Of a stretch of DNA of 64,000 bases, positions 1 through 10,312 are shown one piece after another. The first letter of the stretch is position 1. The number at the start of each line of letters is the position of its first letter. Under the pieces are notes generated by a model, which was given only the letters and a program-made list of their open reading frames with translations, was not told the DNA's origin and did not search any database. Both the position numbers and the translations under genes were made by a program. Origin of the DNA: an uncultured Nitrospiraceae bacterium. Its GTDB lineage: Bacteria; Nitrospirota; Thermodesulfovibrionia; Thermodesulfovibrionales; SM23-35. The stretch is from contig CAVSHB010000002.1 in the NCBI GenBank assembly GCA_963727775.1, forward strand, positions 288,001 to 352,000. Direction: 5' to 3'.

Positions 1-1
1 C

Positions 2-142
2 ACTTATAATGCGGAATGGGAAGGCAAATTCTTTGAAGAAAAAGAGATTACAGTATATTATAAGTACAAAGGGGAACAGTTTATTTTATTGACTGCTAAG
101 GCAAGGTATGGAAAGGATTTTAAGAAAGGAGAAAAAAGATGA
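2..142 (+). CDS. 3' part of a small protein, DUF4258-like (likely partner of DUF2283); truncated by window edge
   Basis: Frame 2 reads TYNAEWEGKFFEEKEITVYY...RYGKDFKKGEKR*; its stop overlaps the next ATG (ATGA at 139-142), the usual DUF4258/DUF2283 coupling. Confidence 0.55.
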   Translation, partial: TYNAEWEGKFFEEKEITVYYKYKGEQFILLTAKARYGKDFKKGEKR

Positions 143-348
143 AAATTGAATACGACCTTGACCGGGACTTACTTTATATATATTTTGCAGAGCTTGAAAC
201 AAAGGCGGCTCAGACCATTACCATTACTCCCGGTGTACATGCTGATTTTGATAGGGACGGTAAGCTCATGGGGATCGAGGTTATAGAGGCATCCAAGGTT
301 ATGGGCAAGAAGATCGAGATTAAATTGCCTGAACTTACAGCGGCATAA
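139..348 (+). CDS. DUF2283 family protein (putative antitoxin)
   Basis: MKIEYD..D.LYI.F....D.D.DGK..GIEV pattern, 69 aa. Confidence 0.85.
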   Translation: MKIEYDLDRDLLYIYFAELETKAAQTITITPGVHADFDRDGKLMGIEVIEASKVMGKKIEIKLPELTAA

Positions 349-416
349 TATGTATTGCGTTCCAGAGTCTCGTTCTCTTGCGGAATATGTTGCGGTTTAA
401 GGGAGCAAATTTTTAA

Positions 417-1433
417 ATGTTGAATGATAAAGAGTTTGATTTCTTAAGGGATGACCATGGGAAGATGGTAGGCAATTTAAATAAAATTAGTGATGATTTG
501 TTAAAAGCAAAATGGTATTTTTTAACGACAATTTCAGCGATCGGATCGGCTTACTATTATGTTTTGAGTCAAGACAATAAATCAAACGAGTACTTTTATT
601 TCGCGATATGTCTATTTGGCAATATTGTCTTTTGGGTGTTAAGCGAATATATCGTATCACATGGTTTTCTTTTTAGATCTATACAGGCTAAAGTGGCAAG
701 AATGGAAAAAGAAATGTATACGCCGGGATATCCTATGTTAGTGAGACTTATCAAAGATCCTACTGACAAAAGTAATTTTATTGAGACTGAGAATGGGGCT
801 GAGTTGTTAAAATTCCATTACCTACTTCCGGATCAGTTTATCCCTCTATACTGGGCTTCATTGTGGAGTATTCTTATCAATACAGTAGTTGGTTTATATT
901 TCTCTTCTTTAGCAAAGAACAGCGATTATGACCGCTTAGAGTTTCTATTTTTGCTTATAAGCATTCCGCTTGTCTGGAAGATTTGGATGTATCATCGCCA
1001 TAAGTTGGAGGAATTTGTTAGTAAGAAGACATGTTGCTTCGAAATAGTCGTCTGTAAGGATCTAAACAATAAAGATAAAATTTTTTATGAGTTTCCTCAA
1101 TGGTGGATTCGACAGTACGCGCCATTATTTATAATTATGCTCATGATAGCACTTGCATTCTTTTTCGTGTGCTTTCCAGTTTTATATGGTGAGGTTCCCT
1201 TTTATCTTTGGTCTGTATCTTCGGCGTCATTACTTTTTTTCTTCTGGCCGGTTATAGTTGGAATTGCAATTCATATACTTCATTGTATTTTTGGATTTGG
1301 TGAGGAATTCAAGAAATGTAAATATTTTCGGCCTCCTATTTCTCATAACTGTGAAACAATATTTGTTGATTTTCAGAGTGGTAGTCTTGCTAATTTACGC
1401 TGGACTCTTTGTTTGCTCTATCATATAGTTTGA
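417..1433 (+). CDS. Hypothetical multi-pass membrane protein, AT-rich island cargo
   Basis: 338 aa ORF, several hydrophobic segments, visibly AT-rich relative to core genes. Confidence 0.65.
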   Translation: MLNDKEFDFLRDDHGKMVGNLNKISDDLLKAKWYFLTTISAIGSAYYYVLSQDNKSNEYFYFAICLFGNIVFWVLSEYIVSHGFLFRSIQAKVARMEKEMYTPGYPMLVRLIKDPTDKSNFIETENGAELLKFHYLLPDQFIPLYWASLWSILINTVVGLYFSSLAKNSDYDRLEFLFLLISIPLVWKIWMYHRHKLEEFVSKKTCCFEIVVCKDLNNKDKIFYEFPQWWIRQYAPLFIIMLMIALAFFFVCFPVLYGEVPFYLWSVSSASLLFFFWPVIVGIAIHILHCIFGFGEEFKKCKYFRPPISHNCETIFVDFQSGSLANLRWTLCLLYHIV

Positions 1434-1575
1434 ATATGAAAATTCTTCAACTATTAGGATTACAACTGTTGATTTTTAGGTCTTTTTTTGGGGGGGATAG
1501 CTAATAAATAAATCGGTGTCCATTTATTAAAAAAAATGTTATGAGACATAGTCTTATTTTAATACTGAATAGTCC

Positions 1576-1621
1576 ATTCGTAATCAGCAGGTCGTCGGTT
1601 CAACTCCGACCACCGGCTCCA
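1576..1621 (+). mobile_element. Duplicated 3' half of tRNA-Thr(CGT); att site bounding an integrated element
   Basis: ATTCGTAATCAGCAGGTCGTCGGTTCAACTCCGACCACCGGCTCCA has anticodon loop CGT, T-arm GTCGG-TTCAACT-CCGAC and 3' CCA; no D-arm or acceptor 5' strand upstream. Confidence 0.85.
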
Positions 1622-1684
1622 GAATTCACATAATCTTAAAATATTGGTCATAACCATGACATTAAATGACAGTCCGGTTAGTGT

Positions 1685-4600
1685 TCATAGCGGCACATGG
1701 AATTCTATCTCTTTCTCGCCCGCAAGGAATCTTTTCCTCATCACTTGTACTCGTACGGATTCATAGGGCTTCTTATGGCAAAGTGCAATTCTGACATCCT
1801 CAACCGTCTGAATTTTCCATCCATCCACTAATATAACTGCATCTCCCTTCTTCATCCCGGCTTTCAGCGCGGGGCTGTCAGGAGAAAAATCTTCAATGAT
1901 CACTCTGCCGTCTTTCCCCCGGAGTATGGCTCCCAGCTTTGCGCTGAAAGGCGGTTTAATGCTGTCCGCGAAGATTACGTAGTTCCCAATGCCTTCATCG
2001 AAGGCCCCGTTAATGAGAGTGGCATATTCCCTGCCGGTCAGCCTGTGAAGTCGGGCGGGTATCCCCGAACCATACATGATATGCTCCACTCCGGCCAGCA
2101 CCACGAGTTGATAGGCCGGCTTTTCTCTGAGAAAAGCAGCCGCCGAATGGGCCATCGTTTCGTCCCATAGTATCTGCGACTGGTAAAAATTGTCGAATTT
2201 TGTTCCGGCGGGATGGCTTTCAAAAACATTCTTCAGTCTCTCCCTGTAAGCATAATCGGACATATCCATGTCTTGCGGTATCTCCTTTTTCTCTTCCACG
2301 GAAAGGGAGTCGAGTCCGCCTGAGGCGACTTTGTGGACAACTTCCGACTTGAGGTTAAGCGCTACGATTGGGATTCCCTTGTCCCTAGCAAATTCGATGA
2401 TTTCCCTGTACTGGCTGTAATCAAGCCCCCACCTCTTGAAGTATTCCGATTTTTTCAGAAACTCCTTCTCATCGGTCTTCCCGGATATGTAATTGTCTAT
2501 CGCCTCCTGAAAGGGCTTCTGGAACATCTCCATGCCGATGGCGAATTTCTTTCCTTTTTTGTATAGCTCCATGATTACGCTGAGTTCCACTTTATGGTCC
2601 TCGTAATTCGCGTGCCTTTCACCAATGAATATGAGCGGCTTTTCAGCGACGTTGTCTATAATCTGTTCGAGTGCCGGTAATTTTTTCGGTACAACGCCTA
2701 CCATCGGTTCGCCGATGGCGAATATCATGCCCCGGTTCGCCTTTGCGATATCTTTTTCCACATTCTCCCCTTTTTCGAAACGGACACTCGTATATTTCCC
2801 GTAGTGGAATATTTTCTTCACAACAGAAACTACCTCTTCAGGGGAGTCAGCGTTTGCGCATGCAATTACTTTCCCGTTATTCAGCGGGTTGTCCCTCACC
2901 GTTAGAGTGAACCCTCGTCCGGGTTTTTTCGATCCTGCGAAAAGCCTTCCAATCACAGGGCTTTCATAACCCAAAATAAGTAAGGATGAAGTCCGGATAT
3001 CTTCATCCTTCAAGTCCTTAGTTTCTTTGAGCATAAAACCGTTATCCCTGAAGGTTTCGATCAGGCTGCCGTATATACTTTTTTCGCTTTCTGAATACAC
3101 TATCAATCTCTTTTCGTCTCCGAGGAGTCTCGATATGACAGGCGGGAATTCGTCTTCTCTGAGCCTCCTCATGATGTCATAGCCTTCATCGATTACGAGT
3201 GTCCGGGGGGTTTCATCGGTGGTGATTTCGATATACTGCCTTTGTGTCCCGAATTCCAATGTCTTTTTTGTATCTCCCTTTCCGGTGATAATGGATGCTG
3301 AAAGGCTTAATTTATAAGGCTCTCCCTCCTGTTCAAGCCTGAATGAAGCGGAATGGACTCCGTTCAGGACGAGGTCCCGCTGATCTTTCACAGCGATGGA
3401 GGGGACCCCTTTCCGGTCCAGCCACTGGCTGAAAAACCAGCCCAGGTCTTTCCCATATTCTTTTTCGAAAGATTTTTTTATGTTTTCCCATGTGGCGTTC
3501 CTGAAATGGTTGCTTTCTATAAGCAGTCTCAACGACCGATAGAAAGTTTCCTCCCCGACAAGGCTCCGGAGCATATGAAAGAGCATTGTCCCCTTCCCGT
3601 ATCCTATGGCCATCGATGCAAAACCGGTCCTCTCGGAAAAAGCTCTCAGGGGAAAGTCCTTCTCCGGCGTTACATAACTCTGGTAATCCGCGAGGATTTT
3701 TTTCCTGTATTCCCAGCCTTTCCCTTTCTGTTCTTCATAGCGATAGTCCGAAAGGAAGGTGGTTATAGCCTCAAGCCAATTGCCTTTCTGAAAATCTGCG
3801 AATACATAATTGCCGAACCACTGATGTGTAATCTCATGCCCCAGTGATGTCCGCACGATGAAGGGAAGGCGAACGACTTCCTGTCCCAGCAGCGTAAAAG
3901 TCGGCATCGAGTATCCTGTCGGCAGGATATTCTCGACAACGGAAAAGCGTTTGTAAGGGTAGGGGACCAGCAGCGCGCTGTACATCTCCAGATAAGTCTT
4001 AGTGTGTTCAAGATAAGTATCGGCAAGTGACAAGTCTTCGGGGAAAAAGTATGCATAAATATCTATGCCGCCTACGCTGCGTTTAATCTCTTTGTAATTG
4101 CCCGCGGCGAAGTGTATCCCATTAACGGGATGAGGGAAGGAGAACGAATATTCCTTGCCGGAGGGCGTTTCTCTTGATGTTATTTCTTCAGCTTCCGATA
4201 TCGCTGTGAATCCGGAGGGGACAAGAGCGGAAAGCCTGTAGTAGGCGAGCCCTTTCAGAGACGGGTACCAATTGCCGGTGAGGGAGATGCCGTCAGTGCT
4301 TACAATATCTCCGGAAACCGCACTGCCATCTTCAAGTTTTTTGACTTTTCCCTGCACTCCTCTGAATGTGCCTTCATATTTTATTTCGAGCGTGCCTTTT
4401 CCTGACACCTCTATAATGCCGTCCCTTTTTTTGTATTCAACAGGGTTTCCGTTCAGACCGGCGGACAGAATCCTTAGATTGCCTGTAAAGACTACGATGT
4501 CCTGCGACTCCGGGAAGGTGATCTGCGCGGAGCCTTTAAGGGAATTTTCCTTCAGATCGAAAGAGACGAAAAGATTGAAGGTAGGCATAGATTTTTGTAT

Positions 4601-4726
4601 GTCCTCTGCAAAACACGGTCTAGCGAAAATGGCCATGATCGCGGACATTAAGAGAAGGGACAGTTTTATTCTATTTATTGACATAATATTCCTTTCCAAA
4701 GAAACGGCTTCTTTCGGGTATCCCAA
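1685..4726 (-). CDS. Exported M1-family metalloaminopeptidase fused to ChaN-like domain and C-terminal PDZ (true start probably the MSINRIK Met)
   Basis: Signal-like N-terminus; HEITHQW..NWLE zinc motif; ChaN motifs FIGERH, IGMEMFQ, QILWDETMA, LAG.EH; PDZ signature SPALKAGMKKGD. Confidence 0.85.
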   Translation of the reverse strand: MGYPKEAVSLERNIMSINRIKLSLLLMSAIMAIFARPCFAEDIQKSMPTFNLFVSFDLKENSLKGSAQITFPESQDIVVFTGNLRILSAGLNGNPVEYKKRDGIIEVSGKGTLEIKYEGTFRGVQGKVKKLEDGSAVSGDIVSTDGISLTGNWYPSLKGLAYYRLSALVPSGFTAISEAEEITSRETPSGKEYSFSFPHPVNGIHFAAGNYKEIKRSVGGIDIYAYFFPEDLSLADTYLEHTKTYLEMYSALLVPYPYKRFSVVENILPTGYSMPTFTLLGQEVVRLPFIVRTSLGHEITHQWFGNYVFADFQKGNWLEAITTFLSDYRYEEQKGKGWEYRKKILADYQSYVTPEKDFPLRAFSERTGFASMAIGYGKGTMLFHMLRSLVGEETFYRSLRLLIESNHFRNATWENIKKSFEKEYGKDLGWFFSQWLDRKGVPSIAVKDQRDLVLNGVHSASFRLEQEGEPYKLSLSASIITGKGDTKKTLEFGTQRQYIEITTDETPRTLVIDEGYDIMRRLREDEFPPVISRLLGDEKRLIVYSESEKSIYGSLIETFRDNGFMLKETKDLKDEDIRTSSLLILGYESPVIGRLFAGSKKPGRGFTLTVRDNPLNNGKVIACANADSPEEVVSVVKKIFHYGKYTSVRFEKGENVEKDIAKANRGMIFAIGEPMVGVVPKKLPALEQIIDNVAEKPLIFIGERHANYEDHKVELSVIMELYKKGKKFAIGMEMFQKPFQEAIDNYISGKTDEKEFLKKSEYFKRWGLDYSQYREIIEFARDKGIPIVALNLKSEVVHKVASGGLDSLSVEEKKEIPQDMDMSDYAYRERLKNVFESHPAGTKFDNFYQSQILWDETMAHSAAAFLREKPAYQLVVLAGVEHIMYGSGIPARLHRLTGREYATLINGAFDEGIGNYVIFADSIKPPFSAKLGAILRGKDGRVIIEDFSPDSPALKAGMKKGDAVILVDGWKIQTVEDVRIALCHKKPYESVRVQVMRKRFLAGEKEIEFHVPL

Positions 4727-4776
4727 ATATTATATCAGTTCGGCCTGCTGGCTTGCCTTTCCAATCTCAAAGGTCT

Positions 4777-4940
4777 TAGCCTGCATAATTCATAAGATCG
4801 CTGACAGATATAGTATTTGCACGGTTTTAAATTCTTTCGAAGAAAGAATTTACCTCGGAGGCCCGATTTGTACCGGGCCGAGAATGAGCGCAAATACTGT
4901 ATTTGTCGGCCCATTCAAATTCTATGAATCACATGAGTCA
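4777..4940 (-). repeat. Structured TIR repeat family 1, copy A
   Basis: TAGCCTGCATAATTCATAA...CTATGAATCACATGAGTCA; core is the reverse complement of CGCTCATTCTCGG..CCTCCGAGG..AAACCG; near-identical to reverse complement of 7514-7678. Confidence 0.85.
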
Positions 4941-5100
4941 GGCCACTTTATGCATACAATGGGGTTATCAATAATGGCGGGCACGGTATTTTCGCTCATT
5001 CTCGGCCGTGCCGGCCTCCGAGGTTTTCGCTTATCAGCGAAAAAAACCGCTCAAATGCCGTGCCCGCCATTATTGACAATACTTCATGAATAATAAGTAT
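4939..5100 (+). repeat. Structured TIR repeat family 1, copy C (tandem to A)
   Basis: Outer stem TCAATAATGGCGGGCACGG / CCGTGCCCGCCATTATTGA encloses core 4993-5050. Confidence 0.8.
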
Positions 5101-5155
5101 CGGACATGCCTTATGCTATAATTTGGCCTAAGAATTATCGAGAGTTTTTCAGAAA

Positions 5156-6346
5156 ATGGCGCAGGAGAATAATCATCTATCAAAAAAAGATGTCGTGATC
5201 ATAGGCGCCGGAGCTGCAGGCCTTATGTGTGCGATAGAGGCCGGGAAACGGCACCGCTCGGTCCTTGTCCTTGAACACAAGAATAAGATAGGGAATAAAA
5301 TCAGGGTTTCAGGAGGCGGCCGCTGCAATTTCACCAATATAAATCTGCTGTCTGAAAATTACCTTTCTGCCAACCCACACTTCTGTAAATCCGCGCTTGC
5401 ACGTTTTACGCCCCATGATTTCATCGCTATGGTAGAAAGGCACGGGATTGCATATTACGAAAAGGAAAAAGGCCGGCTCTTTTGCCACGGGACCTCGGGG
5501 GATATCGTCAGGATGCTCCATGAGGAATGCCGCAGCGCGGGTGTTGAAATGCGCTTGAATTGCAGAGTCGGAAGCATAATGAGAACCGACCACTTCTCTA
5601 TCTCAACGAACTTCGGCAATATAGAAGCGGACTCTTTGGTTATTGCAACAGGCGGATTGTCTTATCCGCAACTCGGCGCAACGGACATGGGGTTCCGAAT
5701 AGCCCGGAGGTTCGGGATTAAGGCCACTCAACTGAAACCGGCATTGGTGCCTCTTGTTTTCGGTCACCAGGATTTGAAAAAGTACGCTGAATTGAGCGGA
5801 GTTTCATTTGATGCGATGGTTGAATGCAGAGGCAGGCAATTCCGGGAAGAAATCCTTTTTACTCACACGGGCCTAAGTGGGCCTGCTATCCTTCAGGTCT
5901 CATCCTATTGGGAACGCGGGGATACGATCATTATAGATCTGATGCCCGACACGGAAGCATATGAACTTTTTATGTCGAAACGCGGCAGCAGAATGGAGTT
6001 GAGCAACCTTCTCGCGGAACATCTTCCCAGGAGATTCAGCCACAGGTGGTGCGATATAAATACACCTTCAAGGCCATTATGCCGATTTACGGAAAAGGAG
6101 CTTAAGGAAATAGCGCATCTGATACACCACTGGACAATAAAGCCCGAAGGGACCGGGGGCTATAAAAATGCGGAGATTACAGCAGGCGGAATAGACACTG
6201 ATGAACTGTCATCCAGGACCATGGAAACAAAAAAAGTGCCCGGCCTCTATTTCGCCGGAGAGGTCATTGATGTCGCCGGACAGCTCGGAGGCTATAACCT
6301 TCAATGGGCCTGGTCCTCAGGATTTGTTGCAGGCCAGTATGCGTAA
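5156..6346 (+). CDS. HI0933/BaiN-family NAD(P)/FAD-dependent oxidoreductase
   Basis: IIGAGAAG, SGGGRCNFTN, ATGG.SYP, LFTH.GLSGP, GGYNLQWAWSSG. Confidence 0.95.
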   Translation: MAQENNHLSKKDVVIIGAGAAGLMCAIEAGKRHRSVLVLEHKNKIGNKIRVSGGGRCNFTNINLLSENYLSANPHFCKSALARFTPHDFIAMVERHGIAYYEKEKGRLFCHGTSGDIVRMLHEECRSAGVEMRLNCRVGSIMRTDHFSISTNFGNIEADSLVIATGGLSYPQLGATDMGFRIARRFGIKATQLKPALVPLVFGHQDLKKYAELSGVSFDAMVECRGRQFREEILFTHTGLSGPAILQVSSYWERGDTIIIDLMPDTEAYELFMSKRGSRMELSNLLAEHLPRRFSHRWCDINTPSRPLCRFTEKELKEIAHLIHHWTIKPEGTGGYKNAEITAGGIDTDELSSRTMETKKVPGLYFAGEVIDVAGQLGGYNLQWAWSSGFVAGQYA

Positions 6347-6347
6347 T

Positions 6348-6926
6348 ATGAAAACCATCATACTCGCGTCAGCTTCTCCGAGAAGAAAAGAGATACTCGA
6401 AAAAACGGGCCTGAAATTTAGAACCGATGAAAGCGATTACGAAGAGAAGATGGTATCCGGGCTGAAACCCCATGAGCTTGCCGTATTGCTTTCACGCAAA
6501 AAGGCAAGGGTCGTTGCCCGCAGATACAGGGACGCTATCATAATTGCTGCTGATACGGTCGTCGTATTAAGGGGCAGGCTTTTCGGAAAACCCCGCGACG
6601 CGGAAGAGGCAAGGAAGATGCTTAAGGCCCTGAGCGGAAAGTCTCATTACGTAATCACCGGTTTTACGATAATAGATACGGAAATCAAAAAAGAGCTGTC
6701 CCGGTCAATAGAAACAAAGGTCTTTTTTAAAAGGCTGAGCGCTGTTGAGATAGAGGCTTACATAAGGTCCGGCGAGCCCCTGGATAAGGCCGGGGCTTAT
6801 GGTATTCAGGGACTTGGCGCCGTGATTGTAAAAAAAATGGAAGGGGACTTCTTTAATGTGATGGGCCTTCCTTTGAACGCTGTGGTCGAGAGCCTGAAGA
6901 AGTTCGGAATAAATGTATTAGCTTAG
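6348..6926 (+). CDS. maf: Maf-family nucleoside triphosphate pyrophosphatase
   Basis: ILASASPRR, ADTVV, GKP, DKAGAYGIQG, NVMGLP; ATG at 6348 just after upstream stop. Confidence 0.95.
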   Translation: MKTIILASASPRRKEILEKTGLKFRTDESDYEEKMVSGLKPHELAVLLSRKKARVVARRYRDAIIIAADTVVVLRGRLFGKPRDAEEARKMLKALSGKSHYVITGFTIIDTEIKKELSRSIETKVFFKRLSAVEIEAYIRSGEPLDKAGAYGIQGLGAVIVKKMEGDFFNVMGLPLNAVVESLKKFGINVLA

Positions 6927-7068
6927 GCCCTCAAATAAAATTGACTGCACATATTTCTGCCTTATTTAGATTGCGCGAAATATTAGTATGGATTTTGATG
7001 CTGTAAAGCAATATAATTAATAAAATTGTTATATAAAATAATTGTGAAACGAATTTGGGAGGAGAGCC

Positions 7069-7428
7069 ATGATATCAACACTCGAAGAATTAAAAACGGA
7101 AAGAAAGATTATTAATGACATCGATTGGGAAATGACGCCTGAAATGGCTGTCCGGATGTATTTGGAATGGGGGAACATCTGGTCCCATGGGGAGGACCGA
7201 AGACATATAGTCCGTTCCAAAAGCGATTATTCGGTCTATTTTGTAGTATACTGCTGGGAAAAACCTTATTATATTTACCTCATGAGAAGAAATTCCGAAG
7301 ACGCGGTGGAGCTTGCAAAAATAGAATTGCCTGAAAGGTTTGAAAAAACAGTATGCAAGCTTAAAGGGGTATATGCGCTTGAAGGTGAACTCAAAGAATG
7401 GATGAGAAAAGAATTAAACGCCGCTTGA
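7069..7428 (+). CDS. DVU0772-family protein
   Basis: IDWEMTPE.AV.MYLEWGN..., YFVV..W, L..RNSE.A.ELA; RBS GGAGGAG upstream. Confidence 0.75.
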   Translation: MISTLEELKTERKIINDIDWEMTPEMAVRMYLEWGNIWSHGEDRRHIVRSKSDYSVYFVVYCWEKPYYIYLMRRNSEDAVELAKIELPERFEKTVCKLKGVYALEGELKEWMRKELNAA

Positions 7429-7513
7429 AAGATGACCGAACGCATTACTATTTGACTAAATAATAATGCGTTCAACTGAAAATATCTGCCGAACAATATT
7501 GTGATTTCATATT

Positions 7514-7678
7514 TAACCCACTTAATTCATGAAATTTGCGGCTGCCGACAAATACAATATTTGCGCTCATTCTCGGCCCGGTACAGATCGGGCCTCCGAG
7601 GTAAATTCTTTCTTCGAAAGAATTTAAAACCGCTTAAATACTGTATCTGTCGGCAATCTTATGAATAGTGTAAGTTTA
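7514..7678 (+). repeat. Structured TIR repeat family 1, copy B
   Basis: TAACCCACTTAATTCATGA...CTTATGAATAG; core 7564-7633 flanked by CAAATACAATATTTG / TAAATACTGTATCTG. Confidence 0.85.
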
Positions 7679-7732
7679 GATTGATTATCAGTTATGTCCG
7701 GGTATCGAACTTCGACGGACAAGGAGAGATGA

Positions 7733-10013
7733 ATGGAGATAAAGGAAGCACATTTTTCAATTATTTCTGAAGAGCTTGAGATAAAGACGGCACAGGTTAA
7801 GGCAACGGCCCTGCTTCTCGGAGAAGGGGCGACCGTGCCGTTTATAGCGAGATACAGAAAAGAGGCTACCGGAAGCCTTGACGAGGTTGCCGTCACAGCT
7901 ATCAGGGACAGGCTGGAGCAGTTAGCTGAATTGGACCAAAGGCGTGAAGCAGTCTTGAAGTCTCTCGATGAACGGGGGCTCATTACGGACGAGTTAAGGG
8001 GGAAGGTCGCAGGCGCCTCCTCTTTAACAGAACTCGAAGATATCTATCTGCCCTTCAGACCGAAACGCCGCACAAGGGCCACTGCGGCAAAAGAGAAGGG
8101 TCTCGAACCTTTGGCAGCAATGATTTTTGAACAGGGCGAAATCGACCCCGAGACTGAAGCCACTTCTTTTGTCGATCTGGAAAAAGGGGTCGAAACTGTT
8201 GAGGAAGCCCTTTCCGGCGCACGCGATATCATTGCTGAATGGGTAACCGAGGACCAGAAGGCCAGGGAAAAGATGCGTGAACTCTATTCCCGCAAAGGAG
8301 TGATGAAGTCAAAAGTCATCTCCGCGAAGGAAGAAGAAGGGATAAAGTACCGCGACTATTACGGATGGGAAGAGCCGGCTTCGAAGTCTCCTTCGCACAG
8401 GGTCCTTGCCATACGCCGGGGCGAAGAAGGAGGGCTTTCTCAGTTTGCGGATTGTCCCGCCTGAAGATGAGGCTATTACACTCCTTGAAGCTCTTTTCAT
8501 AAAAGGCGCATCTCCGGCATCCGAACAGGTAAAGACTGCTGTAATCGACAGTTTTAAAAGACTTCTCTCACTCTCGATTGAGACAGAGATACGCCTTGCG
8601 CTGAAAAAACGGGCAGATGAAGAGGCGATCAGGGTATTTGCAGAGAATCTGAGACAGCTTCTTCTTGCTCCACCGCTCGGAGGGAAAAACGTTCTGGCGA
8701 TCGATCCCGGCTTTAGGACCGGCTGCAAGGTTGTCTGCCTCGATAGACAGGGAAAGTTATTGGAGAATGATACAATTTATCCCCTTTTTTCGGATAAGGG
8801 CACATCGGAGGCAGCGGCGAAGATCAGGCAACTCTGTGAAAGGTTCGGGATAGAAGCTATCGCGATAGGAAACGGTACCGCCGGTAGGGAAACCGAGACC
8901 TTTGTTATGGGCATCGGTTTGCCGGAGAATATTGCGGTTGTAATGGTGAACGAAAGCGGCGCGTCAATCTATTCGGCTTCCGAGGTGGCGCGTGAAGAAT
9001 TCCCGGACCGGGATGTAACGGTGCGTGGCGCTGTTTCGATCGGGAGAAGGCTGATAGACCCTTTGGCGGAGCTGGTTAAGATCGATCCTAAATCGATCGG
9101 GGTCGGACAATACCAGCACGATGTCGACCAGCCAGCCCTAAAAAAGAGCCTCGATGACGTTGTTATCAGCTGCGTGAACGGCGTAGGGGTTGAGGTGAAT
9201 ACCGCGAGCAAAGAACTTCTTACTTACGTCTCCGGGTTGGGTCCGCAGCTTGCGAGAAACATCGTAGCATTCAGAAATGATAACGGACCGCTTAGGTCGA
9301 GGAAAGACCTCATGAAAGTCCCACGCCTGGGGCCGAAGGCCTTTGAACAGGCAGCGGGTTTCCTCCGTATCAGGGATGGGGAGAACCCTCTCGACAGAAG
9401 CGCAGTGCATCCCGAAAGTTATCACATCGTTGATACGATGGCGAAGGATATGGGATGTCCCATAGTCGAACTTATGGAAGACGAGTCTCTCAGAAAGACG
9501 ATTGATATTACCCGCTATGTGACCGATACGGTCGGAATTCCCACCTTAAGCGACATCATGGCCGAGCTTTCCCGGCCCGGCCGCGACCCGAGAGATAAAT
9601 ATGAATCTTTCCGGTTCACAGAAGGCATCGAGAAGCTGGAAGACGTGAAGCCCGGGATGAAGCTCCCTGGGATCGTTACGAATATAACCGCTTTCGGGGT
9701 CTTTGTGGACATCGGCGTTCATCAGGACGGCCTTATTCATATCAGTGAACTTTCCGACAGGTATGTGAAAAATCCTGCAGAGGTGGTGAAGGTCCATCAG
9801 AAGGTCTTTGTGACCGTCTTTGATGTGGACCTCCAGAGGAAGCGAATCTCCCTATCGATGAAAAGCAAGCCGGTTAAAACCGATGGACAGCCCGAGGCAA
9901 AGGAAAAAATAAAAGTAAACAGCGAGGCCATGAAGGAAAAGAAAGAAAAAAAAGGTAGTAGGCCGAAGCGGTTTGTGAATAACCCTTTTTACGAGGCACT
10001 CAGGAAGAAGTGA
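7733..10013 (+). pseudogene. tex: Tex (YhgF) RNA-binding transcriptional accessory protein split by a 1-nt frameshift near 8420-8432
   Basis: ORF1 has GATVPFIARYRKEATG..SHRVLAIRRGE; ORF2 continues KEGFL..DPGFRTGCK..IGVGQYQHDV and an S1 domain; mutation or assembly error. Confidence 0.85.
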
Positions 10014-10045
10014 GCTCAGCAGGCGAGCTGGAATTGTCTATTACC

Positions 10046-10312
10046 TTACCTGAATCGATCTATGAGTTTATGCGTACCGACAAAATAAAGCTTATAAATG
10101 TTGCCTTCCTGCTGGAAAATACACCTATAGAAGTCGTCTACATAAAACTCCCAGAAATCAGAACCTTCAAGCTTGTGTATTTTTAAGGAAGGAAGTTTTG
10201 GATTATCGTTGAGAAGGGATATTTGTTTTTTAAATTTTTTCTTTATACCTTTGGGTAATTCATCGTACTGCGCAAAGAAATCCGGCTCTATGGATATGAG
10301 ATAGTTGCTCAA
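10046..10312 (-). CDS. RelE/ParE-superfamily toxin
   Basis: 88 aa, NP..PSL..HKL.G...WE..V...YR..F....VG.H; overlaps antitoxin stop. Confidence 0.75.
   Translation of the reverse strand: MSNYLISIEPDFFAQYDELPKGIKKKFKKQISLLNDNPKLPSLKIHKLEGSDFWEFYVDDFYRCIFQQEGNIYKLYFVGTHKLIDRFR

Noticed and set aside
343..400. Integron attC-like imperfect palindrome after the DUF2283 gene
   Set aside because: Pairing is weak, no proper GTTRRRY/RYYYAAC pair and no integrase in view
1550..1621. Complete tRNA-Thr gene
   Set aside because: No acceptor 5' strand or D-arm, and the anticodon stem 5' side does not pair; only the 3' half is present
4777..5100. CRISPR array or hammerhead ribozyme in repeat family 1
   Set aside because: No regularly spaced direct repeats or cas genes; no CUGAnGA/GAAA core on either strand
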